This document shows, piece by piece, positions 18,627 to 29,487 of a stretch of 64,000 nucleotides of DNA. Origin of the DNA: Myxococcota bacterium. Its GTDB lineage: Bacteria; Myxococcota_A; UBA9160; UBA6930. The stretch spans positions 96,001 to 160,000 of the forward strand of contig OZ245002.1 in assembly GCA_965223415.1 (NCBI GenBank), read 5' to 3'. Each line of letters opens with the position of its first letter. Position 1 is the first letter of the stretch. The position numbers and the translations under genes are program-made. The notes under the pieces are model-generated. The model was given only the letters and a program-made list of their open reading frames with translations, did not search any database and was not told where the DNA came from.

Positions 18627-19688
18627 TCACGGCTGGATCCCGCCGAGCTGGATCAAGGCCGGGATCTCCCCGAGCGGCGCCACCGTGTCGGCCGCGCCGG
18701 CCCGGATCACCTGCTTCGGCATGCCGAAGATCACCGCGGTCTCCTCCGACTCCGCGATCACCTGGCCGCCGGCCTCTCGGATGGCCAGGGCGCCGCGGCG
18801 CCCGTCGTCGCCCATGCCGGTCAGGACCACGCCGAGCACGTCCGCGCCGAAGTGTTTGGCGGCGGAGACGAACATGCGATCGACGGCAGGCGCGTACTTG
18901 TCGCTCGGCTGAGCGGGCGAGATCAACGCGTGGGGGATCCCGCCGCGACTCTCGAACTCCAGGTGACATCCGCCGGGAGCGATCAGCACCGTGCCTTCCT
19001 CCACCGTGCAGCCCGTCTCCGCCTCCCGGGCACGAAGCGCGGTGAGGCGGTCGAGGCGGGACGCGAAGCTCTGGGTAAAGCCCTTCGGCATGTGCTGGGA
19101 AACGATGAAGCCAAACGGGGGCGGCTCGGTGAAGGCGCCGAAGAGCTGGGTCAGCGCCGCCGGGCCTCCGGTGGACGAGCCGATCGCTACCACCCCCGGG
19201 GCCCCTTCGGGGCGGGGGGTCGGCGGCTGCTGGGGAAGGGGCGGCACCGCGGCCGCCGCGATGCGCTCCCGGACCTTGTCGATGCGCAGCTGGCGGATCG
19301 CGTGGACCTTGCGAATCAGCTCCCGCTCGATCCCCTGGAGCTCCGGCCCTGCCCGCAGGCTGGGCTTGGCCACGAAGTCGACGGCGCCGAGGTCCAGGGC
19401 CCGGAACACGTCCTGATCCCCGGAACGACCGCTGACCACCATGACCGGAGTGGGCTTCTTCGCCATCAGGATGCGCAGGAAGGTGAAGCCGTCCATGCGC
19501 GGCATCTCGAGGTCGAGGGTGATGAGGTCGACGTCGCTCTCGAGGGCGGTGCGCAGCGCCTCTTCGCCGTCCCGGGCCCAGGCGACCACCTCGATCAGCG
19601 GCGACCCGTCGAGCATCCGCACCAGGGTCCGGCGGGTGAAGGCGGAGTCGTCGATGACGAGCACCCGAATGCGATCGGCGGGCTTCAC
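18627..19688 (-). CDS. cheB: Chemotaxis methylesterase/response regulator CheB
   Basis: REC domain plus GSSTGGP, QHMP, LTGMGDDG, FGMP. GTG start overlaps the cheR stop. Confidence 0.95.
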   Translation of the reverse strand: MKPADRIRVLVIDDSAFTRRTLVRMLDGSPLIEVVAWARDGEEALRTALESDVDLITLDLEMPRMDGFTFLRILMAKKPTPVMVVSGRSGDQDVFRALDLGAVDFVAKPSLRAGPELQGIERELIRKVHAIRQLRIDKVRERIAAAAVPPLPQQPPTPRPEGAPGVVAIGSSTGGPAALTQLFGAFTEPPPFGFIVSQHMPKGFTQSFASRLDRLTALRAREAETGCTVEEGTVLIAPGGCHLEFESRGGIPHALISPAQPSDKYAPAVDRMFVSAAKHFGADVLGVVLTGMGDDGRRGALAIREAGGQVIAESEETAVIFGMPKQVIRAGAADTVAPLGEIPALIQLGGIQP

Positions 19689-20611
19689 CGGGACGCGCCC
19701 TCCGGGTCGACGGGAGATGCGGCGGCGCGGGCGGCCGCGTGCCAGGGATCGAGCACCTCCTCGCCGGGGAGGGGGCGGCGATAGACCATCTCGCTCTTCA
19801 GGTGGGAGAGGTTGAAGGCGCTCGACACGTTGATCAGCGATTCCGCGTGACCGAGCAACAGGTAGCCGCCGGGCTGGAGCTTGTCGTGAAAGCACCCGAT
19901 GACCTCGCGCTTGGTCTCGAGGTCGAAGTAGATGATCACGTTGCGGCAGAGGATCGCGTCCATCGTCCCGAGCAGCCCCACGCGGGAGGGATCCAGCAGG
20001 TTGACGCGGGTGAAGACCACGTGGCGCTTGATCTCGTCGGAGATCTTCCAGAGATTGTCCTGCTCGGTGAAGTACTTCTTGCGCAGGGGATCCGGGGTCT
20101 CGCGGAACGAGGCCGCGCGGTAGATGCCGTGGCGGGCCTTCTGGAGGACCGCGCCGGAGATGTCGGAGGCGTAGACCCGGAAGTCCCGCCCGGGCTCCAG
20201 ACCGGCCTCCTTGGCGAGCATGACGATCGAGTAGGGCTCCTCTCCACTCGAGCACCCCGCCGACCAGATGCTGAGGGCCCGGCCGCCCCGCCTCCGCCGA
20301 CGCTCGAGGCACTCGGGGATGATCTCGTGGACGAGCGCATCGAGCTGCCCTCGCTCGCGGAAGAAGTACGTCTCGTTGGTGGTAAGCAGGTCGATGGCGC
20401 GACCCATCTCTTCTTCGCCGTGGCCCGCCCTGCGCAGCAGGAAGTGGTAGGCGGAGAAGCTGCCGAGATCGAGCTCCGCGATCCGACGGGCGAGGCGCTT
20501 CTCGAGGAGGAAGCGCGAATCGTCGCCGAAGTGCAAGCCGCAGTGCTTCCGGAAGAGGTCCCGGAACATGCGGAACTGGGCGTCGGTCAGCTGGGGTTCG
20601 CGCGGGTCCAC
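19685..20611 (-). CDS. cheR: Chemotaxis methyltransferase CheR
   Basis: TTNETYFFRE, IWSAGCSSGEEPYS, CRNVIIYF, LGHAESL. Confidence 0.96.
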   Translation of the reverse strand: MDPREPQLTDAQFRMFRDLFRKHCGLHFGDDSRFLLEKRLARRIAELDLGSFSAYHFLLRRAGHGEEEMGRAIDLLTTNETYFFRERGQLDALVHEIIPECLERRRRRGGRALSIWSAGCSSGEEPYSIVMLAKEAGLEPGRDFRVYASDISGAVLQKARHGIYRAASFRETPDPLRKKYFTEQDNLWKISDEIKRHVVFTRVNLLDPSRVGLLGTMDAILCRNVIIYFDLETKREVIGCFHDKLQPGGYLLLGHAESLINVSSAFNLSHLKSEMVYRRPLPGEEVLDPWHAAARAAASPVDPEGASR

Positions 20612-20614
20612 GAG

Positions 20615-22687
20615 CTACTCGAGCCGGTCCAGTGCGGTGAGGATCGAGTCGCGAACGAACTCGTCGGTCTCGGACTCCAGGCGGCGGAGAATGGCCGGAA
20701 CCGCGGTGCCGTAGCGCCGCTCGGCCAGCACGTCCACGGCCTGGGCCCGGACGCTCCAGTGGGCGTGACCGAGGCAAGGCAAGAGCTGGTCCAGGGCTTC
20801 CGCCTCGGCGTGGCGACCGACGCAGGCCACCGCGGCCTCCGCTAGCTCGGGATCGTCGGCCCCGAGCAGCGACGCGGCGAGGCTCGCGGCCCGGCGGCCC
20901 CCAATACCGTCGAGCGCCTCGAGACCCGCCATCGCCGGCGTGCCGCCCCGGGGCAGCGCCCCGGCGACCAGCTCCAGGACCCGCTCGCGAGAGCCCTCGT
21001 CCCCGTGCTCCGCGCACCAGCGGGCCAGGGCTGCGAGCGCGGCCGCCCGGGCGCGCTCGTCCGGGTCGTCGGTGAGATGGGCCAGGTCGGAGACCACCGA
21101 CGGATCCGGCGACGCGGCCAGGGCCCGGGCGGCACCGATGCGCACGGAGAGGTCTTCGTCGGCCAGGGCCATGCGCAGGGTCTCGAGAGGCGGCTCGTCC
21201 GTCACCGCAGCCGTGCCCTCTACCGCGGCGCGGCGGACGGCCGGCGACGGGTCCCGGGCCAGGCGGGTCAGGAGCTCCAACTCGCCGCGCCCGCCGATCG
21301 CCGAAACGACCCGGGTCGCGACCACCCGCAGAGCCTCGAGCTCGTCGGCCAGCACCGCGACCAGGGCGTCGATCACGGGGCTTGGGTGCTCGGCGCCGAT
21401 CGCCTCCAGGGCGGACGCGGAGGCGTCGACCTCGTCACTGCGCCACTCGCCCCCCTCCCGAGCTGCAGCCGAGAGCAGGCTGACCAGCGCCGCGACCGGC
21501 TCCAGGGTGCCGTGCTCGCCGAGCGCCTGGGCGGCGCTCGCTCGCACCTCGTGGTCCGGGTCGGCCAGGGCGCGCAGGAGCAGCCCGCGGCCCTCGGCGA
21601 CCGGCGTCTCGCCCAGCATGCGGCACGCCATGCGGCGCTCGACCGGCGAGAGGTCGTCGAAGACCGCGTCCACTGGCTGCACGGCGGCGGCGCCCACCTG
21701 GCCCAGGGCGGCGAACACCACTTCGGTCAGCGCCTCGTCGCAGGCGGCACCGAGCAGGGGAACCACCGCCTCGGCGTGGCCCAGCAGCCCGAGCAGCTGC
21801 ACGGCGGCGAGCCGCACCGGAAGGTCCCCTTCGCGAAGTCGCTCGACGGCGAAGGCGAAGGGCGCGCTCTCGGGCCCGATCGCCTGGCTCACCTCGCCGG
21901 CGATCGCCTCGCCGTCCACCCCTGGCCGCGCGCAGATCCGCACGAGGCCCTGGAGCGCGGCCTCGCGGGCCGACCGTCCTCCGATCTCCAGACCCTTCAG
22001 CAGGGCGCGGGAGGAAGCGACGTCGTCGTTGTGGCTGAGCACCGCGTAGGCGGCCGCGCGAAGTAGCGCGTCGTCCAGGATCGCGCCGAGAGCGTCGAGG
22101 GGCGCACCGACCTGGAGACGGTCCAGGGCGCGCAGGGCCGACAGCCGAACGAGCACCTCCGGATCGTCGGTGAGGAGGCCGAGCAGCGCGTCGCAGCAGC
22201 GGTCGTCGCCGACGCAGCCCAGCGCCTCGGCGCCGGCGCCGCGAACGTTGGGATCGGGATCGGCGATCACCTCCATGAGTCGGGGTACGGCGGCCGGGTC
22301 GCCGATGCCCGCCAGAGCGTCCACCGCCTGCTTGCGCACGTCCGCGTCGGGATCCCCCGACGCCTCGAACAGGACCGGCAGCGCCGAGGATCCGCAGCGG
22401 GTCAGGGTCTCGAGCGCGGCGTTGCGGCGCCCGGAGTTCTCGCCGTCGGCCAGGGCCCCGACCAGGGCCGGGAGCGCTCCGGAGGTCTCCGGGGCGGCGG
22501 AGAGCCTCTCGATGGCCGCCTTGCGCACCCGCCAGCTCGGATCGGCCAGCTGCTCGATGAGAGCCGGGATCGCCTCGCTCGCCGGGAGCGTGGTGAGGCG
22601 TTCCACGGCGAGACGGCGCACCTCCTCGTCGGAGTGCGACAGTTCGGCCAGCAGCTGATCGGGTCGTTCTCGGTCCACGTGGCTCAC
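20615..22687 (-). CDS. HEAT/PBS-lyase repeat protein
   Basis: Repeated D.D..VR..A..AL motifs. Confidence 0.88.
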   Translation of the reverse strand: MSHVDRERPDQLLAELSHSDEEVRRLAVERLTTLPASEAIPALIEQLADPSWRVRKAAIERLSAAPETSGALPALVGALADGENSGRRNAALETLTRCGSSALPVLFEASGDPDADVRKQAVDALAGIGDPAAVPRLMEVIADPDPNVRGAGAEALGCVGDDRCCDALLGLLTDDPEVLVRLSALRALDRLQVGAPLDALGAILDDALLRAAAYAVLSHNDDVASSRALLKGLEIGGRSAREAALQGLVRICARPGVDGEAIAGEVSQAIGPESAPFAFAVERLREGDLPVRLAAVQLLGLLGHAEAVVPLLGAACDEALTEVVFAALGQVGAAAVQPVDAVFDDLSPVERRMACRMLGETPVAEGRGLLLRALADPDHEVRASAAQALGEHGTLEPVAALVSLLSAAAREGGEWRSDEVDASASALEAIGAEHPSPVIDALVAVLADELEALRVVATRVVSAIGGRGELELLTRLARDPSPAVRRAAVEGTAAVTDEPPLETLRMALADEDLSVRIGAARALAASPDPSVVSDLAHLTDDPDERARAAALAALARWCAEHGDEGSRERVLELVAGALPRGGTPAMAGLEALDGIGGRRAASLAASLLGADDPELAEAAVACVGRHAEAEALDQLLPCLGHAHWSVRAQAVDVLAERRYGTAVPAILRRLESETDEFVRDSILTALDRLE

Positions 22688-23826
22688 TGCATGCCGCGCG
22701 CGCGCGCCACGCGCAGCAGCTCCTCCATCAGCAGGTCGGCGTCTCCCCGCACCGCGGCATCGATGCGCTGCTCGAACAGCCCGCGGCCCTCGTTGAGCTC
22801 CTCCGCCATCGCCTGGGCGACGTCTCCTGCCTGCACGGCGGCCGCGAACTTCTCCTCGTTGTAGAGCACGATGTCCGAGACGATGATGCGCGCGAGGCGC
22901 TCGGCCTGGGCCCTCCCCTCGCTGGCAACCGGCGATGCGGCCGGGGACGGAGCGGCCGGGGACGGCGGTGCCGCCGGTGCCGAAGCGACCGGGGACCGCG
23001 GCGCGGCCGCAGTCGGGGACAACGGCGCGGCCGGGGCCGGGGAGGCCCCGGCCGACGCCTCGCGGGCTGCGGGGGCATCCGGCGGCGGCACCTCGCGAGC
23101 GCGAGGCGCATCCCGCGGCGGATCGGGCGGTGCCGCGGCTTCTGACGGCTCCGGCGGTGCGGCCGCCGGGCGCGGCGCCGGACCGAGGAGGCCCATCTCC
23201 TCCAACAGCGGCATCAGGGCCTCGGGCAGGTCGGGCACCTCGAGGTAGGCATCCGCCCCGTACAGCTCCGTGGGCGAGCGCCGGTAGCGGTCCGGGTGGT
23301 GGACGGCCCCCGCCAGCACCACACGGGTTCCGCGCAGGCTCTCGTTGCGCTTGACGATCTCGCAGATCTGGAATCCGAACATCTTCGGCAGGTCCGCGGC
23401 CAGCACCACGGCGGTGGGCCGCTGTCGCTGGATCTCGAGCATCGCGTCAACGCCGTCGAAGACCACCGCCGGACGCAGCCCGCGCTCCACGAGCGCAGCG
23501 GCCGTGCGCTTCGCGAGCTCCGCATCCGGCATGGCGACGATCACCTGGGCGGGCGCGGACTCGTCGTTTTCGTGCGCGGGCCCGCGCTCGGCGGAGCGGC
23601 CCTCGCTCGCCGCCGCGGAAGGCGCGGCCCGGCTCGCCTGGGGTGCGGGCTGGGTCGGCTCCGCCGCCGGGGGCGCGACCTTCGGAGCCGCGGCCACCGC
23701 CGGGGACGGCGCGCGCACGCGGAAGACGGACTGGCATCGGGAGCAGCGCAGACGAGCGCCGCCCTCGCCGAGCTTCTCCCGGTCGATGCGGTAGCGGGCT
23801 GCGCATTTCGGACACGCCGCGATCAT
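22684..23826 (-). CDS. Zinc-ribbon plus degenerate receiver domain protein
   Basis: CPKC...RCSRCQSVF; REC-like VLAADLPKMFG; Pro/Ala linker; C-terminal ERLARIIVSDIVLYN. Confidence 0.8.
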   Translation of the reverse strand: MIAACPKCAARYRIDREKLGEGGARLRCSRCQSVFRVRAPSPAVAAAPKVAPPAAEPTQPAPQASRAAPSAAASEGRSAERGPAHENDESAPAQVIVAMPDAELAKRTAAALVERGLRPAVVFDGVDAMLEIQRQRPTAVVLAADLPKMFGFQICEIVKRNESLRGTRVVLAGAVHHPDRYRRSPTELYGADAYLEVPDLPEALMPLLEEMGLLGPAPRPAAAPPEPSEAAAPPDPPRDAPRAREVPPPDAPAAREASAGASPAPAAPLSPTAAAPRSPVASAPAAPPSPAAPSPAASPVASEGRAQAERLARIIVSDIVLYNEEKFAAAVQAGDVAQAMAEELNEGRGLFEQRIDAAVRGDADLLMEELLRVARARGMQ

Positions 23827-23842
23827 GTTGTTCTCCTGCCCT

Positions 23843-26422
23843 TCATTGGATGCGGAACCTCTGGACGTCGTCCCGCAGGACGGACGCCTGTTCGCTCAGC
23901 TGCCGCGTCGCACCGCCGAGGCGGCGAGACGATTCCTCGTTCGAGCGGGTGCGCTCGAAGACCTGCTCCAGGAACGACACGGTCGCCCGACACGCCTCGG
24001 TCTGCTCCTGCAGGCCAGCGTGGATCTGGTCCACCGCCTCGCGAATGCTCTCCATGCTCTGCCGGACCCGGCCTGCGCCCCGTGACTGCTCTTCGGTCGT
24101 GCGCTGGGTCTGTTGGGCGACGTCGCGGGTGACGTGGGCGCCGCGCATCAACACCTCGTTGCCGCGCTCCTGCTCCCGACCGGCACTGCGGATCTCCTCG
24201 ACCTCGGCGTTCACCCGCTCCATCAGGCCGGCCACGTGGCGCGCGGCGCCGGCCTGCTCCCGGACCGCGTGCACGATCTCGTCGATGCGGCCGCCGGAAT
24301 CCCGGGCCGCGCCAGTGATCTCCTCCAGGGCGAGACCGGCCTCCGCGGCCAGCTGCACGCCGCTCTGGACCCGCTCGCCACCGCGGGAAATCGCATCGGT
24401 GGCGTTGGCCGTCTCGTCCTGGACGGCGCGAATCAGCGAGCCGATCTCCTTCGTGCTCGTCAGCACCCTGTCGGCGAGGTCCTTGATCTCGTCTGCGACG
24501 ACGGAGAACGAGCGTCCCTGGTCTCCCGCCTGGGCGGCGATGATCGCCGCGTTCAGCGCCAGGAGGTTCGTCTCGTCGGCCACGTCGTCGATCACGTCGA
24601 CGATCGCGCCGATCTCCGCCATGCGCCCCGCGAGGCTGCGGATCACCCCGTCGGCGGATTCGGTCGCGTCGCGAATGGCGTCCATGCCGCTGATCGTCTC
24701 GTGGACACGCTCCTGCCCGCGTTCGGAGAGCTTCACCACCTGGGCCGAGAGGAGCGCTGTCTGGGAGGCGTTCCCGTCGACGTCGCCCATGGCCGTCGCC
24801 ATCTCGGACATCGAGCTCGCCGTCTCGGAGACCGCCTGGGCCAGGCCTTCCGTGTTATTCGAGACCTGCCCGACGCTGCGGATCATCTGCTCGATCGAAC
24901 CGCTCACCTCCTCGACGTGGCTGCTGAGCGTGGTGGCGGTCTGGTTCAGCTCCTCGCTGGCGGCGCCGAGCTCGAGGATCGAGCTGCTCGCTTCCTCGAC
25001 GTTGGCGTTCAGGGCCTGAGCACTCTCGGCGATCTCGGAGACCTTGTGATTGACCGCGGCGACCTGGGCCGTCGCCTGCTCGATACCAGCGCGCTGATCC
25101 TCGGTGGCATGGGTCACCGCCTCGCCGACGGAGCCCACGTCGCCGGCGGCCCGATCGAGACCGTCGGTCGCGTTGGCCACCCGGCCGATCATCTCGCGTA
25201 GCGACGCCACCATGCGGTCGAAGGAGCGAGCCAGCGCGCCGATCTCGTCCTCGGACTCGACCACCACCTGGGTGAGGAAGTCCCCCTCGGAGACGCGCTC
25301 GGCCTGGGCGATCACCTGTGCCGTGGTCGTGCTCACGTCGCGGGCGATGAGCCGGCAGGTGACGAGAATGACGACCAGGGCCACGAGCATCAGCAGGCCG
25401 AAGGCGACCCGGGAGCTCCGCTGGCCCGCGGTGAAGGCCGTGCCCGGGGTCGAGGCGACCAGCAGCCGGCGTCCTTCCGGGTCCAGGGCCTGCCACGCGA
25501 AGCTGTGGTGGGAATCGAATCCCGTGCTGTCGCCGCGGGTTGCCACCCCGGGCCCCGCCAGCCAGCGCAGCTCGGTCGGCTGGAGGCCGTCGGACGGCCC
25601 GTCCACGATCTCGCCACGCTCCCGGTCCACGATCACGAGGTTCTCCGCCGCGGCGAAGGCCGCGCCGTTCTCGCGAAGCCGGGTCATCGCCCTCGCGTCG
25701 GTGGCGAGCTGGTCCACGGCGTAGGCCAGGTAGGCCTGCTTGACACGGACGTCCTGGGCCTCGACCGGACGCCCGGCCAGCACGTAGGAGAGCAGCAGCG
25801 CGAAGACCAGAGCGACCACCGAGACCGCCAGCATCGGCGCCGCCAGCTTCGTCGCGAGGGACACCCGCGGCATGAGCTCCGCGCGGAGCGCCCCATCGGA
25901 GAGCCGCTGGGCCCAGCGGTCGACCAGGGGAGCGATCATCCGCTTGATGGTGAAGTGCACGAAGACACAGGCGACGACCCCGCCGCTGAGGGCCGCCGCG
26001 ACGACGACCGCAGCGGAGAAGAGGGAGAGCGATTCGAGGGTCAGGGCCATGTAGGCGGTCACGAAGACGGCGGCGCCGGCCCAGGCCAGCATCGAGTCGC
26101 GAACGTCGCGGTAGGGCAGGCGCACCAGCCGCTGGAAGGCCAGCTCCAGGTCGACGCGGCCGAGCTCTCCCGCGGCGTCGGCGTCGATGACGTCGAGGAT
26201 CGGGCGCGCGAACACGCGCTGGCTCCCCTGCATCGCGAAGGTCAGTCCGATCGCGGCCAGGCCCACGCCCACTCCGAAGGCCGACCACTGCTCGGAAGTC
26301 AGGTTGAGAATCGTCGCCAGGTACGCGACGCACAGCATCGCGCCGGGGATCCCGATGAGCGACCAGAGGAGCGTGTGGCGCAAGTGAAAGGACTTGCCGC
26401 TCGCGAATACGGGCGCACTCAT
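23843..26422 (-). CDS. Methyl-accepting chemotaxis protein with long signalling domain
   Basis: TM helices, HAMP (SEDEIGALARSFDRM), ADETNLLALNAAIIAAQAGDQGRSFSVVADEI. Confidence 0.95.
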   Translation of the reverse strand: MSAPVFASGKSFHLRHTLLWSLIGIPGAMLCVAYLATILNLTSEQWSAFGVGVGLAAIGLTFAMQGSQRVFARPILDVIDADAAGELGRVDLELAFQRLVRLPYRDVRDSMLAWAGAAVFVTAYMALTLESLSLFSAAVVVAAALSGGVVACVFVHFTIKRMIAPLVDRWAQRLSDGALRAELMPRVSLATKLAAPMLAVSVVALVFALLLSYVLAGRPVEAQDVRVKQAYLAYAVDQLATDARAMTRLRENGAAFAAAENLVIVDRERGEIVDGPSDGLQPTELRWLAGPGVATRGDSTGFDSHHSFAWQALDPEGRRLLVASTPGTAFTAGQRSSRVAFGLLMLVALVVILVTCRLIARDVSTTTAQVIAQAERVSEGDFLTQVVVESEDEIGALARSFDRMVASLREMIGRVANATDGLDRAAGDVGSVGEAVTHATEDQRAGIEQATAQVAAVNHKVSEIAESAQALNANVEEASSSILELGAASEELNQTATTLSSHVEEVSGSIEQMIRSVGQVSNNTEGLAQAVSETASSMSEMATAMGDVDGNASQTALLSAQVVKLSERGQERVHETISGMDAIRDATESADGVIRSLAGRMAEIGAIVDVIDDVADETNLLALNAAIIAAQAGDQGRSFSVVADEIKDLADRVLTSTKEIGSLIRAVQDETANATDAISRGGERVQSGVQLAAEAGLALEEITGAARDSGGRIDEIVHAVREQAGAARHVAGLMERVNAEVEEIRSAGREQERGNEVLMRGAHVTRDVAQQTQRTTEEQSRGAGRVRQSMESIREAVDQIHAGLQEQTEACRATVSFLEQVFERTRSNEESSRRLGGATRQLSEQASVLRDDVQRFRIQ

Positions 26423-26913
26423 GAGGCGGGCTCCTCCACGATGAGCGGGCTCGAGCGGTAGACGCTTTCCAGGATGTGCTCCAGGGAGAGCACCATCACC
26501 GGCGGGGCTCCCTCGCGGCGCACCACGGCCCGCACCGCGTCGTATCCAGAGTGGGTGGCCAGGGCCGGAGGCTCCTCGACGGAGGCGGCGCTGGCCGAGA
26601 AGACGTCGACGGCTGCGTCCACACGCAAGCCGAAGACGAGCTCGTCGATCTCGACCACGGCGATCCTGGCCGCGTCGCCGCTCGCTGCGCGCCCGCGCGA
26701 GAGCGCCCGGCCCAGGTCGACGACCGGAATCACCTTGCCCCGGAGGTCGATCACGCCCTCGATCAGCTCCGGCGCCTTGGGAAGGGGCGTCACTTCCTGG
26801 CTGCGGACGATCTCGCGGATCTGCAGCACGTCGACGCCGTACAGCTGATCGGCGATCTCGAAGCAGGCCAGCTCCACCTGCGCCTCGTGGGTCGTGAGAG
26901 CATTAGTCGCCAA
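26419..26913 (-). CDS. cheW: CheW coupling protein
   Basis: YGVDVLQIREIV, TPLPKAP, GVIDLRGKVIPVVDL; probable TTG start 26913. Confidence 0.9.
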   Translation of the reverse strand: MATNALTTHEAQVELACFEIADQLYGVDVLQIREIVRSQEVTPLPKAPELIEGVIDLRGKVIPVVDLGRALSRGRAASGDAARIAVVEIDELVFGLRVDAAVDVFSASAASVEEPPALATHSGYDAVRAVVRREGAPPVMVLSLEHILESVYRSSPLIVEEPAS

Positions 26914-27403
26914 CGTCCAACACCTTCTCCAGGTCGAGCAGGGACACGAAGTCTCCGCCTTCCTCACACAACTCGGACACGAACTCGGACTCGCCGCTCG
27001 GGGCTCCGCGAAAGGAGTCGTCGGGCACGCGCAGCACGGAGGTGACCGTGTCCACCAGGAGGCCGGCCGCCTCGTCCTCGCCGCCGCGTAGGACGATGAT
27101 CCGCGAGGTACGCTTGGGCTCACTGGGAGCGCCGCCGAGACGAAGGGACAGATCCATCACCTGCACGATCTCGCCGCGCAGGGAGATGACGCCCATGATC
27201 TCCCGCGGGACGCGGGGCACCGGCGTGATGGGGCGAAGCCGGACGATCTCGCGCACGCGTTCGACGGGCAAGGCGTAGCGCTCGCCGCCGAGACGAAAGG
27301 TGAGCAGGTCCTGCAGGACGACGCTCTCGGCGTCCTCGGCGGCGGCCGCCGCTGCGCGGGCGAGCAGGTCCCACGAGCCACCCTGGGCCACGCTGCTGCT
27401 CAT
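26903..27403 (-). CDS. cheW: CheW coupling protein
   Basis: YALPVERVREIV, TPVPRVP, GVISLRGEIV. Confidence 0.92.
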   Translation of the reverse strand: MSSSVAQGGSWDLLARAAAAAAEDAESVVLQDLLTFRLGGERYALPVERVREIVRLRPITPVPRVPREIMGVISLRGEIVQVMDLSLRLGGAPSEPKRTSRIIVLRGGEDEAAGLLVDTVTSVLRVPDDSFRGAPSGESEFVSELCEEGGDFVSLLDLEKVLDVGD

Positions 27404-29481
27404 GCTTCACTCCTGCGGCCGACGTCCTCGACCAGGGCGGAGACGTCGAGCACCAGTACGGCGCCCTGGTCGCCGAGCTCCGTCGCCCCCGCGATTCCGC
27501 GAACGCTTCGCACCGGGCCCTGGATCGGCTTGATGACCGTGTCCTGCTGTCCCTCGAGCCGGTCCACGAGGAGGCCCATGCGCGCATCGCCCATGCCGAG
27601 CACCACCACGTACACCTTGCCGACGCTGGCGTCCTCGGAGAGGGCGAACTCGCGACCCAGCCGCCGAAGGGCCAGGGGCTCGCCGCGGAGGTTCAGGATC
27701 TCGTGGCCTTCGCTGCTCTGGATCTCGGCGGGATCCACGAGCAGGGTCTCCCGCACGGAGTTGAGCGGAACCGCGAAGCGGTGCCCGCCGACGCCGACCA
27801 CCAACGCCTGGATGATCGCGAGGGTGATCGGGAGGGTGATCGTGAAGGTCGTCCCCTCGCCCGGTCGCGACTCCACGTCGACGACCCCGCCGAGGGACGC
27901 GATGTTCGAGCGCACGACGTCCATGCCGACGCCTCGGCCGCTCGTCTCGGTCACGGCGCCGCGGGTCGAGAGGCCCGGGTGGAAGATCAGCTCGAGGGTC
28001 TCGCGCTCGGGCGGATACTCACCGCGGCGCACCAGGCCCTGCTCCCGGGCGCGGTCGAGGACGCTCTCGGTATCGATGCCCCGCCCGTCGTCGGAGACGG
28101 CGATCACCACGTCGTTGCCGCGCTGACTCGCCTCGAGGCGGATCGTGCCGAGCGCCTCCTTGCCAGCGGCCACCCGCTCGGATGCGGGCTCGATCGCGTG
28201 GTCGAAGGCATTCCTCACCAGGTGCATCAGCGGGTCGACCAGCTCCTCGACGATCAGCTTGTCGAGCTCGGTATCGGCGCCGCGGACCTCCAGGGACACC
28301 TCCTTGCGCAGATCGAGACGCAGCCGCCTCACGACGCGTGCGAGCTTGTCGAAGACCTGGCGCAGCGGGACCATCCGCACCTCGAGCACGCCGGCTTGCA
28401 GCTCCTCGAGCTTGCGCTCGAGGCCGCGGTGGATCTTGCCGAGCTCGGCGCCGGCGCGGGCCGTCTCGGGATCGCTCGACAGGCCCTCGACGAGTCGCTT
28501 CACGGCGCCCTTGTGCAGCGCGAGCTCCCCGACCAGGTTCATCAGCTCGTCGAGCTTGCGGATGTCGACCCGCACGGTGCCGCTGATCGACTTGAGCGAG
28601 GCGGGCTCGGCGGGAGCGGCGCCCTCCCGTTGCAGCGGGCCGGCGATCCGCTCCGGCTCGACCCGCGGCGCCGCGGCGCCGGCGGCCCCGGGCTCCGCCC
28701 CGCCGCCCCGGGGCGCATGGCCGATCTCCACGGCCTCGGCCGGCAGATCGAGCCGCGCGGCCAGATCGGCGGCAGGAAGATCGGTTCCGGTGAGCAGGGA
28801 GAAACGGATCTGGGAGTCCGGCGTCTCGCCGGGAGAGGGCAGCGTCGAGAGAACCTCGCCCACCTCCTTGATCGCCGCCGTCACCTCCGCGAGACCTTCT
28901 TCGAAGTGGCTGATCTCGAAATCGACGTCGACGACGTAGATGCCGCGGCCGCGCTGCAGGTTGTCGTGGAGGCGGTGCTCCTCGTACTCGGTGAGCGCCC
29001 GGAGGATCGCCGGCGCCAGCTGGAGCTCGCCCGGGTCGGTCTCGTCGGCTGCGGCATCGTCGCCACTCCAGCCCTCGATGCGCTCGAGGAGGCCCGCGAT
29101 CCGCTCGCGGGTCGCGGCTCCGATCTCGCGATCCTGGAGCTCGGCCAGGGCCTCGGCGATCACGCCGATCGCATCGTCGAACAGCGCCAGTCCGTCGGCC
29201 CCGAGGCGGATGCGTCCCATGCGCAGCCCGTCGAGCAGGTCCTCGAGGCGGTGGGCCAGCTCGCCCATGCTCTCGAGACCGAACATCCCCGACAGGCCCT
29301 TCAGCGAGTGGGCGGAGCGAAACAGGCGGTGGATCAGGTCCGGGTCGGGCTCGGCGCGGGTCTCGACGGCCTCGGCCAGCTCCGAGAGATCGTCCCGCAT
29401 GCGCTCGAGGATGTCCTCGGCCTCGGAGACGAACTCCCGCTGGGCCTTGGAGCCCGCTCCCCCCTTTCCCGATGCGGCCAC
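27400..29481 (-). CDS. cheA: Chemotaxis histidine kinase CheA
   Basis: FRSAHSLKG, VRVDIRKLDELMNLVGEL, HLVRNAFDH, DDGRG, SGRGVGMDVV, C-terminal CheW domain. Confidence 0.97.
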   Translation of the reverse strand: MAASGKGGAGSKAQREFVSEAEDILERMRDDLSELAEAVETRAEPDPDLIHRLFRSAHSLKGLSGMFGLESMGELAHRLEDLLDGLRMGRIRLGADGLALFDDAIGVIAEALAELQDREIGAATRERIAGLLERIEGWSGDDAAADETDPGELQLAPAILRALTEYEEHRLHDNLQRGRGIYVVDVDFEISHFEEGLAEVTAAIKEVGEVLSTLPSPGETPDSQIRFSLLTGTDLPAADLAARLDLPAEAVEIGHAPRGGGAEPGAAGAAAPRVEPERIAGPLQREGAAPAEPASLKSISGTVRVDIRKLDELMNLVGELALHKGAVKRLVEGLSSDPETARAGAELGKIHRGLERKLEELQAGVLEVRMVPLRQVFDKLARVVRRLRLDLRKEVSLEVRGADTELDKLIVEELVDPLMHLVRNAFDHAIEPASERVAAGKEALGTIRLEASQRGNDVVIAVSDDGRGIDTESVLDRAREQGLVRRGEYPPERETLELIFHPGLSTRGAVTETSGRGVGMDVVRSNIASLGGVVDVESRPGEGTTFTITLPITLAIIQALVVGVGGHRFAVPLNSVRETLLVDPAEIQSSEGHEILNLRGEPLALRRLGREFALSEDASVGKVYVVVLGMGDARMGLLVDRLEGQQDTVIKPIQGPVRSVRGIAGATELGDQGAVLVLDVSALVEDVGRRSEA

Positions 29482-29487
29482 GGAGCG